Shown here: positions 1 through 10,046 of the stretch, in pieces
Layout: each line of letters starts with the position of its first letter
How positions within the stretch are numbered: the stretch's first letter is position 1
Notes under the pieces: generated by a model
Databases searched by the model: none
What the model was told of the DNA's origin: nothing
The model's input: only the letters and a program-made list of their open reading frames with translations
Assembly: GCF_042660085.1 (NCBI RefSeq)
Contig: NZ_JBHSTI010000002.1
Location: 150,001-182,000, forward strand
Direction: 5' to 3'
DNA: 32,000 nt
Origin: Longivirga aurantiaca
GTDB taxonomy: Bacteria; Actinomycetota; Actinomycetes; S36-B12; CAIYMF01
Translations under genes and position numbers: made by a program

Positions 1-1776
1 GCCGAGGAAGCTGATGGCGTACTGCAGACCGAGGACCGGCATGAACCGCAGCCTGGCCATCGAGGCGCCCAGCGTCGCGATCGCCTGACCCACCTGGATG
101 AACGGCGCGATGAGGATCGCCACCAGCACCCACGACCAGTCGGCGCCCTTGAACTCGGCGATCAGCGTGTCGATCCCGATGCCGGCGACGGCGCTGATCA
201 CCGACCAGGCGACGAACCCGAGCACCACGATCATGAAGACCGAGGCGATCGTGACGCGCTGGAGCTTCTCGAGCGGCGGCTCCTCGACGCCGGTCGCCTC
301 CGCGACCGCCGCCCGAAGCTCGGCCATCTTCCACTCCGCCGCCTTCGTCGCCGTCTTGGTCTCGGCGTCGAGAGCGGCCGGCTGCAGGAAGGGCATGAGA
401 CCGACGAGGTCGTCGTGCGGGAGCGCGGCCTTCGCGACGCGCACCGCGGTCTCGACATCGGTGACCGTGGCCGTGCAGACGAGCATCTGCGCGTTGTCGG
501 CGACCACGTCGTTGGCGTCGGGCGAGCTCGTGCCCGATGCGAGGTCGGAGAGAGCCTCGGTGCCGTCCTCGCGCACGACCAGGGCGTGCGGGCGCACCTG
601 CCCGTGCGCGACACCGGCGGCATGCAGGCTCGTGAGCGCGGCCCAGAACCCGTGCAGCATCTCGTCGGTGACCTCGTCGCGCGCGAGGTCGGGCAGCGCC
701 CGGCCGTCGTCGCGCCGCACGAGGAGCGCGTCCTTGCCCCAGGCCGTGCCGGCAGCCAGGACCGGCTGCACGGGCACGCCCGCGCGCTCGGCGTACAGGG
801 TGAGGAAGGCCTCGTGCTCCACCTGCGTCTGGCGTCCGACCGAGGTCGCGGGGGCGCCGTCCTTGTAGAGCAGGCGCGACCACGCCGACGCGATGAGCGA
901 GCCCTCGAAGGCGTCGCGCCCGTAGATGCGCACGAGGATGCGGCGTCCGGAGTCGTCGGTGCCCGTCGCGGTCACGACGCCACGCCGGTCTGTCGGCGCG
1001 TGCTCGAGCTCGCGGACATGCACGCCGAGGTCCTCGAGCTCGTCGACCACGAGCTCGAGCGGCACGCGCCCGCCCGGCGACCCGAAGGCGACGTGGACCG
1101 CGGACGCGGCGGCGACTCCCAGCACCACGCCGGCGATGGCGCCGACGAGGAGGTCGATCTCCAGCGCGACCCCGGCGACCGCGCCGAACGACACGAGCAG
1201 CCAGCCGAGGCGGCGGTAGGGGCGTGCGAGGTGCGGGGAGGACACCGCGACGATCGCGACCACCAGCGAGAGGCGCACCGCCGGGTAGATGCGGCCGGTG
1301 TCCTGCGAGGTCAGGGCGTCCCAGACGCCGCTCCACGTGCCGCCCTCGGCGTAGGCGAGGGCTGTCGCGATGCCGAGCGCGAGGATCGCGGCGACGAGCT
1401 GCACGAGGAGCAGGCGACGTCGCGAACGGCCGAACGCGGCGAGCACCACGAGCAGCAGGGCCCATCCCAGGGCCAGGGTGTACGCCGTCTCCCAGAACCA
1501 GCCGAGCAGGCCCGGCAGGGCGTCGAGCAGCTGCGTGACGGCGTTGTCGACGGTGCCCGGGCCGGGGGCGGGGACGGAGAGCAGCGCGAGGGTGACCACG
1601 GTGACGACCATCAGCACGACGTCGGTGGGACGCCGCTCGAGCGGCGCGTCGGCCGCCGACGACCACAGCTGGCCCGCTCCACGGCGCCAGACCCGCGGGT
1701 CCAGCCGGCCGACGGCCCGGGGGGTGGTGGCGGGATCGACCGTCGAGTCGCCGCCGTGCTCCGTCGTCCCCGACAT
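1..1776 (-). CDS. Lysylphosphatidylglycerol synthase-like / UPF0104 family integral membrane protein with kinase-like middle region (C-terminus beyond window)
   Basis: Open minus-strand frame starting ATG at 1776 (MSGTTEHGGDSTVDPATTPRAVGRL...). Many TM segments, a kinase-like stretch (VEHEAFLTLYAERAGVPVQPVLAAG...), then the UPF0104-like start ATIASVFMIVVLGFVAWSVISAVAGI. Confidence 0.75.
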   Translation of the reverse strand, partial: MSGTTEHGGDSTVDPATTPRAVGRLDPRVWRRGAGQLWSSAADAPLERRPTDVVLMVVTVVTLALLSVPAPGPGTVDNAVTQLLDALPGLLGWFWETAYTLALGWALLLVVLAAFGRSRRRLLLVQLVAAILALGIATALAYAEGGTWSGVWDALTSQDTGRIYPAVRLSLVVAIVAVSSPHLARPYRRLGWLLVSFGAVAGVALEIDLLVGAIAGVVLGVAAASAVHVAFGSPGGRVPLELVVDELEDLGVHVRELEHAPTDRRGVVTATGTDDSGRRILVRIYGRDAFEGSLIASAWSRLLYKDGAPATSVGRQTQVEHEAFLTLYAERAGVPVQPVLAAGTAWGKDALLVRRDDGRALPDLARDEVTDEMLHGFWAALTSLHAAGVAHGQVRPHALVVREDGTEALSDLASGTSSPDANDVVADNAQMLVCTATVTDVETAVRVAKAALPHDDLVGLMPFLQPAALDAETKTATKAAEWKMAELRAAVAEATGVEEPPLEKLQRVTIASVFMIVVLGFVAWSVISAVAGIGIDTLIAEFKGADWSWVLVAILIAPFIQVGQAIATLGASMARLRFMPVLGLQYAISFLG

Positions 1777-1924
1777 CAAGCCCCTCCACCCTCACGTGCA
1801 CGCTGCGCAGCCGCCCGTGCACCCACTGGCAGGAACCGTAGCGCCGCCCGCCCGCTGAGACCGACGAATCCGTCGCTACCGGGCCCGGGAGACGACGGAT
1901 CGATCAGTGCGAGCGCGAAGGTGA

Positions 1925-3169
1925 TCAGGCGGGTTCGGCGACGGCGCCGAGGGGGTCGGTGAGCACCTCGCGCAGGGCCGACCGCGCGGCACCGACGACT
2001 GCGGCATCGCGTCCGAGGCGCGACGGCGCGATCGAGATCGGCGCCCAGCGCGCGGACAGCACCCGGCGCGCCACCGCCGCGCGCACCGGTGCCTCGAGCC
2101 AGGGGAAGAGCGGGGCGTAGACGCCGCCGAGCACCACGGCGTCGACGTCGAACAGGTTCACGATCGCCGCGATCCCGACGCCCAGCGAGGCGCCGGCGTC
2201 CTCGACCGCGCCGACGGCCCGCGGCTCGCCCTCTGCCAGCGCGGCCAGCAGCGTGGGCGTCGCGTCGGCTCCGTGCGCGGAGGACGGCCGCAGCCCGGCG
2301 CTGCGCAGGATCCAGTCGAGGCCGGCGACCTGCTCGAGGCATCCCCGTGCGCCGCATCGGCACTCGGGCCCGTCCGGGGCCACCGTCAGGTGGCCGAGCT
2401 CGCCGCCGAAACCGCGCGTGCCGCGGTGCAGCCGGCCCTCGAGGACCACGCCGGCACCGACGCCGACGTCGCCGTTGACCAGCACGAAGCTGGCCCCCGC
2501 AGCAGGCCACGCGTGGTCGCCCGACCACAGCTCGCCGAGCGCGGCCAGGTTGGCCTCGTTGTCGAGCGAGGCGCGCGGCCAGAGCAGGCTCGACGCCGCG
2601 CGCATCCGGTCGAGCACCGGCACGTCGGCCCAGCCGAGGTTGGGCGCGACGCGCAGCACCGACGCCTCGAGGTCGACGAGCCCGGGGACGGCGACGCCGA
2701 TGCCGCGCACCCTGAGGCCGTCGGCGGCGGCTGCGCGCAGCGCGTCGTCGACGAGGCGCGCGGCCGTCCTCAGCACCGTGCCGACGGGCTTGTCGCGCTG
2801 GTCGCCGGGTCGAGACGCGCGGTGCCGCACCTCGCCGGTGAGGTCGACGACGACGCACGAGAGGCCGTCGACGTTGATCTCGACCCCGACGCCCGCGCCG
2901 CCGGACGGGTCGAGCGCGAGATCGGTGCCGGGTCGCCCGACTCCGCGCGGCGCACGGGTGCCCTGCTCGCTCACGAGGCCGGCGGCGAGCAGGTCGTCGA
3001 CGATCGAGCCGACCGTCGCCCGCGTGAGCCCGGTGAGGCCCGCGACCTCGGCGCGGGAGACCGGGCCGTCGGTCACCGCGGCCAGGACGAGGCCCGCGTT
3101 GTGCCGGCGTACGTCGGCCTGGTCGGTGGGCCGGGGGCGTCGCGAAGGAGGCGTCGGGGCTATCGACAC
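1925..3169 (-). CDS. ROK family transcriptional regulator (XylR-like repressor)
   Basis: Minus ORF with N-terminal wHTH ([46 protein letters not shown]) and a ROK sugar-kinase-like domain with the Cys-rich motif [10 protein letters not shown]. Divergent from xylA. GTG start at 3169 preferred over the track's longer ORF (3274), which would run into xylA. Confidence 0.9.
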   Translation of the reverse strand: MSIAPTPPSRRPRPTDQADVRRHNAGLVLAAVTDGPVSRAEVAGLTGLTRATVGSIVDDLLAAGLVSEQGTRAPRGVGRPGTDLALDPSGGAGVGVEINVDGLSCVVVDLTGEVRHRASRPGDQRDKPVGTVLRTAARLVDDALRAAAADGLRVRGIGVAVPGLVDLEASVLRVAPNLGWADVPVLDRMRAASSLLWPRASLDNEANLAALGELWSGDHAWPAAGASFVLVNGDVGVGAGVVLEGRLHRGTRGFGGELGHLTVAPDGPECRCGARGCLEQVAGLDWILRSAGLRPSSAHGADATPTLLAALAEGEPRAVGAVEDAGASLGVGIAAIVNLFDVDAVVLGGVYAPLFPWLEAPVRAAVARRVLSARWAPISIAPSRLGRDAAVVGAARSALREVLTDPLGAVAEPA

Positions 3170-3182
3170 GGTGCCTCCAGGC

Positions 3183-3211
3183 GAGTATGTTTGGGCGCTG
3201 AACGAATACTC
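3183..3211. promoter_or_regulatory. Candidate ROK/XylR operator in the divergent xylR-xylA intergenic region
   Basis: GAGTATgtttgggcgctgaacgaATACTC: perfect 6-bp outer arms in a 29-bp element, with inner GTTTG/GAAC-like sequence, between the divergent starts. Confidence 0.5.
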
Positions 3212-3236
3212 CCCCAGAAGCCCGACGGAGGCAACC

Positions 3237-4403
3237 ATGAACTTCCCCACCCCGACCCCGGGCGACAAGTTCACGTTCGGTCTGTGGACCGTGGGCTGGC
3301 AGGCACGCGACCCGTTCGGCGACGCGACCCGCCCGCACCTCGACCCGGTCGAGTCCGTGCACCGCCTCGCCGAGCTCGGCGCCTACGGCGTCACCTTCCA
3401 CGACGACGACCTCATCCCGTTCGGGTCCGACTCCGACGAGCGCGACAAGCACATCCAGCGCTTCAAGGACGCCCTCGACGCGACCGGCATGAAGGTGCCG
3501 ATGGCGACCACGAACACGTTCACGCACCCCGTCTTCAAGGACGGCGCGTTCACCAACAACGACCGCGACATCCGCCGCTACGCCACGCGCAAGATCATGC
3601 GCAACATGGACCTCGCCGCCGAGCTCGGCGCCGAGACGTACGTCTTCTGGGGCGGCCGCGAGGGCTCGGAGGTCGATGCGGGCAAGAACGTCGGCGACGC
3701 GCTCAGCCGCTACAAGGAGGGCCTCGACCTCCTCTGCCAGTACGTGATCGACAAGGGCTACAACCTGAAGTTCGCGATCGAGCCCAAGCCGAACGAGCCG
3801 CGCGGCGACATCCTGCTGCCGACGATCGGCCACGCGCTCGCGTTCATCAACGAGCTCGAGCACCCCGAGATGGTGGGACTCAACCCCGAGGTCGGGCACG
3901 AGCAGATGTCCAACCTCAACTTCGTGCACGGCATCGCGCAGGCCCTGTGGCACAAGAAGCTGTTCCACATCGACCTCAACGGCCAGCACGGCCCCAAGTT
4001 CGACCAGGACCTCGTCTTCGGCCACGGCGACCTGCAGTCGGCGTTCTTCCTGGTCGACCTGCTCGAGGCCTCCGACTACGACGGCCCGCGCCACTTCGAC
4101 TACAAGCCGATGCGCACCGAGGACATCGACGGCGTCTGGGCCTCGGCCGCGGCCAACATGCGCACCTACATCCTGCTGCGCGAGAAGGCCAAGGCGTTCC
4201 GCGCCGACCCGCGCGTGCAGGCGGCGCTCGAGGCCTCGCGCGTCGGCGGCACCGCCGTCCCGACCCTCGCCCCCGGCGAGACGTACGACGACCTCGTCGC
4301 CGATGTCGACGCGAACTTCGACGTCGAGGCCGCAGCGGCGCGTGGCTACCACTACGTGCAGCTCGACCAGCTCGCGATCGAGCACCTGCTCGGCACCGCC
4401 TGA
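3237..4403 (+). CDS. xylA: Xylose isomerase
   Basis: 388 aa ORF; characteristic [28 protein letters not shown]..., [44 protein letters not shown]. Confidence 0.97.
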   Translation: MNFPTPTPGDKFTFGLWTVGWQARDPFGDATRPHLDPVESVHRLAELGAYGVTFHDDDLIPFGSDSDERDKHIQRFKDALDATGMKVPMATTNTFTHPVFKDGAFTNNDRDIRRYATRKIMRNMDLAAELGAETYVFWGGREGSEVDAGKNVGDALSRYKEGLDLLCQYVIDKGYNLKFAIEPKPNEPRGDILLPTIGHALAFINELEHPEMVGLNPEVGHEQMSNLNFVHGIAQALWHKKLFHIDLNGQHGPKFDQDLVFGHGDLQSAFFLVDLLEASDYDGPRHFDYKPMRTEDIDGVWASAAANMRTYILLREKAKAFRADPRVQAALEASRVGGTAVPTLAPGETYDDLVADVDANFDVEAAAARGYHYVQLDQLAIEHLLGTA

Positions 4404-4408
4404 TCGCG

Positions 4409-5809
4409 GTGGGCCCCTCTCTCGTCGCGGGGATCGACTCCTCGACGCAGTCGTGCAAGGTCGTCGTCCGGGACGCGACCACGGGCGCCCTCGTGCGCTC
4501 GGGTCGCGCTCCGCACCCGGACGGCACCGAGGTCGACCCCGCGGCGTGGGAGGTCGCGCTCACCGCTGCGATCGCCGACGCCGGCGGGCTCGACGACGTC
4601 GGTGCCGTCTCGGTCGGCGGGCAGCAGCACGGCATGGTGCTGCTCGACGAGAGCGGCGACGTCGTCCGCCCTGCGCTGCTGTGGAACGACACCCGCAGCG
4701 CCGGTGCGGCGTCCGACCTCGTGGCCGAGCTCGGCGCCGAGGTGTGGGCCGATGCGACCGGTTCCGTGCCGGTCGCATCGTTCACGGTCACCAAGCTGCG
4801 CTGGACGGCGCAGCACGATGAGGCGTCTGCCGCCCGCGCCACAGCCGTCTGCCTCCCGCACGACTGGCTGACCCGCCGGCTGCGCGGCGGAGGTCTCACG
4901 ACCGACCGCGGCGACGCGAGCGGCACGGGCTACTGGTCGCCGACGGCGGGCGAGTACCGCACCGACCTGCTCGTGGGCGCCTTCGGCCGCGAGCTCGAGG
5001 TGCCCGCGGTCGCCTCGCCGTGGGAGAGCGTCGGCGAGGTCGAGGCACGATGGGGTGCCGCCCCGGGCACCCTGCTCGCCCCTGGCACGGGCGACAACAT
5101 GGCTGCCGCGCTGGGGCTCGGCGCCCAGCCGGGCGACGTCGTCGTCTCGCTCGGCACGAGCGGTACGGCGTTCGCGGTGTCCGAGACCTCGACGCACGAC
5201 GTCAGCGGTGCCGTGGCCGGCTTCGCCGACGCGACCGGCCGCTTCCTCCCGCTGGTCTGCACGCTCAACGCGGCCCAGGTGCTCGACGTCGCGGCACGCA
5301 TGCTCGGCGTCGACCACGACGGCTTCGCGCGGCTCGCGCTCTCGGCGGCACCAGGTGCCGACGGCCTCGTGCTGCTGCCGTACCTCGCGGGTGAGCGCAC
5401 TCCGAACCGGCCCGACGCCACCGGAGTGCTCGCCGGCATGACCCTCGCGAACACGACGCCCGCCAACCTCGCCCGCGCCGCGGTCGAGGGGATGCTGTGC
5501 GGCCTCGCCGACGCCGTCGACGCGCTCGAGGCCCTCGGCGTGCCCGTCGGCCGCGTTCTGATCATCGGGGGCGCGGCGAAGAACCCCGCCGTGGCCGAGG
5601 CGGCGCCGCGGGTCTTCGGCCGCCCGGTGTTCCTTGCCGAGCCGGGCGAGTACGTCGCGGACGGTGCCGCGCGCCAGGCGGCGCAGGTGCTCGCCGGCGG
5701 CAGCGCTGATGTCCACTGGCCAGAAGCCTCCGGCCGCTGGGTCGAGGCCGATCCCACCCCGCACGTGCGCGAGGCCTACGCGGCCCTGCGCGAGGCGACG
5801 GCGCCCTGA
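4409..5809 (+). CDS. xylB: Xylulokinase (FGGY family carbohydrate kinase)
   Basis: GTG start 6 nt after xylA stop; [74 protein letters not shown]. Confidence 0.95.
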   Translation: MGPSLVAGIDSSTQSCKVVVRDATTGALVRSGRAPHPDGTEVDPAAWEVALTAAIADAGGLDDVGAVSVGGQQHGMVLLDESGDVVRPALLWNDTRSAGAASDLVAELGAEVWADATGSVPVASFTVTKLRWTAQHDEASAARATAVCLPHDWLTRRLRGGGLTTDRGDASGTGYWSPTAGEYRTDLLVGAFGRELEVPAVASPWESVGEVEARWGAAPGTLLAPGTGDNMAAALGLGAQPGDVVVSLGTSGTAFAVSETSTHDVSGAVAGFADATGRFLPLVCTLNAAQVLDVAARMLGVDHDGFARLALSAAPGADGLVLLPYLAGERTPNRPDATGVLAGMTLANTTPANLARAAVEGMLCGLADAVDALEALGVPVGRVLIIGGAAKNPAVAEAAPRVFGRPVFLAEPGEYVADGAARQAAQVLAGGSADVHWPEASGRWVEADPTPHVREAYAALREATAP

Positions 5810-5910
5810 TCGGGCACCCGCCGACCTTCCAGGCCCGGGGACTCCCTCGCCGGACCTGGAACGGACGACCTGCTCGTCGCTGCCACGGGCGCGGCGGGCC
5901 GGGGAACGAC

Positions 5911-5942
5911 GAAGGGCGCCACTCGCGAGAGTGGCGCCCTTC
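5911..5942 (-). terminator. Intrinsic-type terminator hairpin, probably for the tRNA unit (may also serve convergent xylAB)
   Basis: GAAGGGCGCCACTC-GCGA-GAGTGGCGCCCTTC: perfect 14-bp stem, 4-nt loop. Confidence 0.85.
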
Positions 5943-5949
5943 GTGCTGG

Positions 5950-6023
5950 CGACCCCGACCGGGCTCGAACCGGCGACCTCCGCCGTGACAGGGCGGCGCG
6001 CTAACCAACTGCGCTACGGGGCC
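5950..6023 (-). tRNA. tRNA-Asp (anticodon GTC)
   Basis: Reverse complement GGCCCCGTAGCGCAGTTGGTTAGCGCGCCGCCCTGTCACGGCGGAGGTCGCCGGTTCGAGCCCGGTCGGGGTCG, followed by encoded CCA (5947-5949). All cloverleaf arms pair. Confidence 0.95.
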
Positions 6024-6058
6024 TTGCTGTGGTGCTGTCGTGCGGGTGGTGCTGTGCG

Positions 6059-6131
6059 TACCCCCAACGGGATTCGAACCCGTGCTGCCGCCGTGAAAGG
6101 GCGGTGTCCTGGGCCACTAGACGATGGGGGC
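6059..6131 (-). tRNA. tRNA-Glu (anticodon TTC)
   Basis: Reverse complement GCCCCCATCGTCTAGTGGCCCAGGACACCGCCCTTTCACGGCGGCAGCACGGGTTCGAATCCCGTTGGGGGTA. Confidence 0.95.
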
Positions 6132-6167
6132 CGAAGGCCTCCGACGTCACCCGTCGGGGACCCCGGA

Positions 6168-6196
6168 AGCATACGGGACGCCCGCCGACGATCCAA
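6168..6196 (-). promoter_or_regulatory. Promoter of the tRNA-Glu/tRNA-Asp unit
   Basis: On the minus strand: TTGGAT - 17 nt - TATGCT, about 35-40 nt upstream of the tRNA-Glu 5' end. Confidence 0.7.
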
Positions 6197-6269
6197 AACC
6201 GACCTCACCCGCTGCTCGACCGGGGCAGGTCGGGCCGCGCGCGGCGGCGCGGTGAGGGAGGATCGGCGG

Positions 6270-6620
6270 GTGCTGCAGGTGCCGTTCGAGGAGTTCGAGG
6301 ATCTCGTCGCCGAGGCGCTCGACGAGATCCCGGACGAGCTCGCGCGCCTGGTCGACAACGTGGTGTTCGTCGTCGAGGACGACGTCGAGCCCGGCGACGA
6401 GCCGCTGCTCGGGCTCTACCAGGGCGTGCCGCTGACCGAGCGCGGCCACTACTACGCAGGGGCGATGCCGGACCGCATCACGGTCTACCGGCTCCCGATC
6501 CTGGCGATCTGCGACACGATCGACGACGTGATCGACGAGGTGCACATCACCGTGGTGCACGAGATCGCCCACCACTTCGGCATCGACGACGACCGGCTGC
6601 ACGACCTCGGCTACGGCTGA
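6270..6620 (+). CDS. Small zincin-like metallopeptidase family protein (HExxH...H)
   Basis: VPFEEFEDLVAEALDEIPDELARLVDNVVFVVEDD...LLGLYQGVPLTERGHYYAGAMPDRITVYR...VHEIAHHFGIDDDRLHDLGYG. RBS-like GGGAGG upstream of the GTG. Confidence 0.85.
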   Translation: MLQVPFEEFEDLVAEALDEIPDELARLVDNVVFVVEDDVEPGDEPLLGLYQGVPLTERGHYYAGAMPDRITVYRLPILAICDTIDDVIDEVHITVVHEIAHHFGIDDDRLHDLGYG

Positions 6621-6635
6621 CGCGCCGCCGGCGAG

Positions 6636-9600
6636 CTAGAGGATCGAGCCGCCGTCGCTGCCGCCGAGGCCGCGCAGGTGCAGGGTCGGCGCGATCTCGG
6701 GTGTGACCGGGGTGTCGACGCCGGCCGGTCGCAGCACGATCCGCGGGCCGTCGCCCCCGCGCACCCGCAGGTCGACGGTCGGCTGGTCGGTGAGGTCGAC
6801 GTCGGGGGTCGTCCGAGCCTCGGAGTCACCGTCGTGCAGGCCCGGGCCCGGACCCCCCTGGGCATCGGGGTCGGCGACGTCGTCGATCACGACGATGTAC
6901 GGGCCCGGGTTCGACGGGGGCGCGGACCCGTCCGGGCCGTCGACGTCGTCCCGGTCGGAGCTCGTGAGGCTGAGCCCGGGGCCGGCGTCGCGGGGCGGGG
7001 CGGCGTCGCGCAGGTCGGTCTCGTCGGCAGCCGCGTCCGGTGCGTCGGCGCCGGCCTCCGCGCCCTCGACGCCCTCGACGCCCTCGACGTCGTCGACGAC
7101 GTCGGCAGGGTCGGTGGCGCCGCTGTCGGACCGGTCGGGGAACGCGCGGTTCACCTCGGGCGTGCCGAGCGCGGCGTGCAGGTCGGCGAGCCCGGGCAGG
7201 CGCGGCTGGGTGCGGCCGGGGGGCAGCGCCTCGTCGACGGGCGCGGGGACATCATCGAATTCCGGGAGCGGGGGCAGGGCGACGCCGAGCTCCCGGGCCA
7301 GCTGGTCGGCCACGTCGATCCCGAAGCCGGGTGCGGGGCGGCCCTCGTCGCGTTCGGGGCTGCCCGCGGCGTGCGGCGGCAGGGCCACCCCGAGGTCGCG
7401 GGCCACCTGCTCGGCCAGGTCGACGACGTCGCCGAGCAGCAGCCGGCTCGAGCGCGGGGCCTCGGCTGCCGGCTCGGCCGGCTCTGTCGGCTCTGTCGGC
7501 TCGGCGGCGTCGGAGGGCGCATCGGCGCCGGCGGCCTCGGCAGCGTCGTCGGCCGGTGCCGGGGCGTCCCACGCCTCGGTGTCGTCCGCGACGTCGTCCT
7601 CGAGCGTCTGGGCGAGCAGGTCGTCCTCGGCCTCCTCCTCCAGCGCGCGGATCGCCGACAGCATCGGTCGCCCGGGGGCGATGTAGTCCTCGTCGTCGAA
7701 CGGCCGCACGATCGTGACCTCGGGAGCGCCGGGCAGCGTCACGCGCTCGCCGTGCAGGAGGTCGGAGTAGACCTCGAGCGACGCGGCGGGTCCGATGAGG
7801 TCGCCGGACACCGCGTGCACGCCGAGCCGCCGGGCCTCCTCGAGCAGCTCGGGGGAGGAGATGCCGGTCGCGACCGTGACCACGCCGACGGCGGTGGCGC
7901 CCGTGACCAGCGAGCGGACGAGCGCCTCCCCGGACTCGTTCTCCGACGCCGCGAGCAGCAGCTCGGGGTCGACCGACGCCGACGCCGCGCCGAGCAGCTG
8001 CAGCGCGCCGACGGGGAGGACGTCCGCCGACAGGTGCTCGACGCCGACCGCGACCGGACCGGTCTCGGTCAGCGCAGTGAGCTGACGGCGCAGCGAGGGA
8101 CGGCGGGCGAGCGTCGCGAGGTCGGTCTCGTGCACGTCGAGCACCAGGGACGGCGAGGTGTCGGGGGTCTGCGACCCGTCGGGTCCCAGCACCGCGGCGC
8201 GCAGCGCATCGCGCGTGCTGGTGGCCTGCACGGCGCGGCCCGGGACCGGCAGCCACACCGACACGTGGTCGACGCGCAAGGGCGCCACGGTGCGGACGTC
8301 GTTGATCGCGCGGTCGATGCACCAGTCGACCACCGGGAGCACCGCGGCCGAGTCGAGCGCCGCCCGCACCTGGTGCGCCGGGAGCAGGCCGAGGGTCGGG
8401 TGCTGCCAGCGCAGGACGGCGCCCACGCCCAGCACCGCGCCGGTCGCGAGCGACACCACGGGCTGGTACTGCATCCGGAGCTCACCCCGGGCGAGGGCGC
8501 CGACGAGGTCCGGTGTCACGGCCGAGGTGAGCTCGTCGGCGCGCTCGACGCGCCCGCCGCCGTGGCTCTTGGCGACGTACATCGCCGCGTCGGCGCGGGA
8601 GAGCAGCTCCTCGGAGGTCTCGTCGTCCTCCGAGCTGACGGCGAGGCCGATGCTGACGGTGGGGTGGTGGATCTGCGGCCCGAGCGGCACCGGCTGGCGG
8701 GCGGCGTCGAGCAGGCGCTCGGCGAGCTCGGTGACGGCGACGTCGTCGCCCACCTCCTCGCAGATCACGAGGAACTCGTCGCCGGCGAGGCGCCCGATGG
8801 TGTCGGTCTCGCGGAGCGCGCCCCGCATCGCGACGGCGATGCTCGTGAGCAGGACGTCGCCGGCCTTGTGCTGCCAGGGGTGGGTGTCGTTGACGTGCTT
8901 GAGGTCGTCGACGTCGATGAAGAACACGGCGAGGCGCTGTCCGCCGCGGCGGGCTCGCGACACCGCGCGCTCGAGCCGGTCGAGCACCAGGCGCCGGTTG
9001 GGCAGGCCGGTGAGAGCGTCGTGGAGCGCGTCGTGGGTGAGCTGTGCCTCGCGCGCCCGCGCCGCGGTCACGTTGTCGAGCGAGACGAGCAGGCGCGGCC
9101 CGTCGGCCGAGTCGATCGGCGAGGTGCGGGCTCGCACCCAGACCACCGAGCCGTCGGAGTGCAGGAGCCGGTGCTCGTTGGGTGCAACGGCCGCGCCGTC
9201 GGTCTCGCGCCGGGTGCGCGACACGAACGCCGACGCCCGGTCCTCGTGGTGGATGAGCGCCTCGTAGACGGTGTCGCGCAGGGAGTCCCAGGTGCGGCCG
9301 ACGAGTCGGCAGAACGCATCGTTGACGCGTACGAACGTGCCGTCGTCGCGCAGCTCGGCGAGGCCGCTGGGGCTGGCGTCGAACAGGGCGCGGAAGGCCT
9401 GGTCGGTCTCGGGGTCGGGGAGCCCGTGCGCCGTGACCGGTGCGAGGTCGGCGACGACCTCGTCGACCTCGACGACCTCCACCGAGACGACCTCGACCGA
9501 GACGACCTCGACCGGGACGACCTCGACCGGGACGACCTCGGGCTCGGTGATCTCGGGCTGGGCGGGCTCGGGCTGGGCGGGCTCGGGGGGCGCGACGCCC

Positions 9601-10046
9601 TCCGCCGGAGCAGCCTCGACCGGTGCGGGCTCGGCGGCCGGCTGGTCCACGTGCTGGTACGTCGCGCGCCGCACCATCGCAAGACCCGGCCACGCCCCCC
9701 GCAGGAGCACGTCCAGCGGCTGGCCGGTCTCGCCGACCACGGTGTAGTGGAGCTCGACGTCGCCGCTGCCCACGAGCGTGAGGTACGCCGCGATCACGCG
9801 CCCCGCGTCGGTGGTGGACAGGCCGCGGGTGACGTCGTCGATCGACCGGATCCGGCGCCACCGCGGGCGGCCGTGCAGCCGGTACGCCTCGTCGGTCCAG
9901 CGGACCGATCCGTCCTCGCCCACCCACACCAGCCCGGTGGCGTCGGCGTCGGCGGCCGCCACGAGCGCGGGGTCGTCGAGGCCGGGCCCCGCCGGGTCGG
10001 CCGAGGCCAACCACGAGGGGAGGCGGTCGCTCACGTCGTCGATCAT
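6636..10046 (-). CDS. PAS-GGDEF-EAL family protein (diguanylate cyclase with degenerate EAL-like domain and long acidic C-terminal region)
   Basis: 1136 aa ORF. PAS-like FRALFDASPSGLAELRDDGTFVRVNDAFCRLVG; GGDEF domain HDALTGLPNRRLVLDRLERA...RETDTIGRLAGDEFLVICEE; EAL-like fold start MQYQPVVSLATGAVLGVGAVLRWQHP. Confidence 0.9.
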   Translation of the reverse strand: MIDDVSDRLPSWLASADPAGPGLDDPALVAAADADATGLVWVGEDGSVRWTDEAYRLHGRPRWRRIRSIDDVTRGLSTTDAGRVIAAYLTLVGSGDVELHYTVVGETGQPLDVLLRGAWPGLAMVRRATYQHVDQPAAEPAPVEAAPAEGVAPPEPAQPEPAQPEITEPEVVPVEVVPVEVVSVEVVSVEVVEVDEVVADLAPVTAHGLPDPETDQAFRALFDASPSGLAELRDDGTFVRVNDAFCRLVGRTWDSLRDTVYEALIHHEDRASAFVSRTRRETDGAAVAPNEHRLLHSDGSVVWVRARTSPIDSADGPRLLVSLDNVTAARAREAQLTHDALHDALTGLPNRRLVLDRLERAVSRARRGGQRLAVFFIDVDDLKHVNDTHPWQHKAGDVLLTSIAVAMRGALRETDTIGRLAGDEFLVICEEVGDDVAVTELAERLLDAARQPVPLGPQIHHPTVSIGLAVSSEDDETSEELLSRADAAMYVAKSHGGGRVERADELTSAVTPDLVGALARGELRMQYQPVVSLATGAVLGVGAVLRWQHPTLGLLPAHQVRAALDSAAVLPVVDWCIDRAINDVRTVAPLRVDHVSVWLPVPGRAVQATSTRDALRAAVLGPDGSQTPDTSPSLVLDVHETDLATLARRPSLRRQLTALTETGPVAVGVEHLSADVLPVGALQLLGAASASVDPELLLAASENESGEALVRSLVTGATAVGVVTVATGISSPELLEEARRLGVHAVSGDLIGPAASLEVYSDLLHGERVTLPGAPEVTIVRPFDDEDYIAPGRPMLSAIRALEEEAEDDLLAQTLEDDVADDTEAWDAPAPADDAAEAAGADAPSDAAEPTEPTEPAEPAAEAPRSSRLLLGDVVDLAEQVARDLGVALPPHAAGSPERDEGRPAPGFGIDVADQLARELGVALPPLPEFDDVPAPVDEALPPGRTQPRLPGLADLHAALGTPEVNRAFPDRSDSGATDPADVVDDVEGVEGVEGAEAGADAPDAAADETDLRDAAPPRDAGPGLSLTSSDRDDVDGPDGSAPPSNPGPYIVVIDDVADPDAQGGPGPGLHDGDSEARTTPDVDLTDQPTVDLRVRGGDGPRIVLRPAGVDTPVTPEIAPTLHLRGLGGSDGGSIL

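Noticed and set aside
2273-5809. 1178-aa plus-strand ORF in the track
   Set aside because: Overlaps the antisense ROK gene and reads xylA out of frame before joining xylB in frame. Composition (Arg/Gly/Pro-rich) is typical of non-coding frames in very high-GC DNA. Only the 4409-5809 part is real (xylB).
9460-9600. Short regular repeats considered as a CRISPR-like array
   Set aside because: 15-bp period, no spacers, in frame inside a coding sequence; a protein linker minisatellite. The same reasoning applies to the (GTCGCT)5 tract at 19396-19425.
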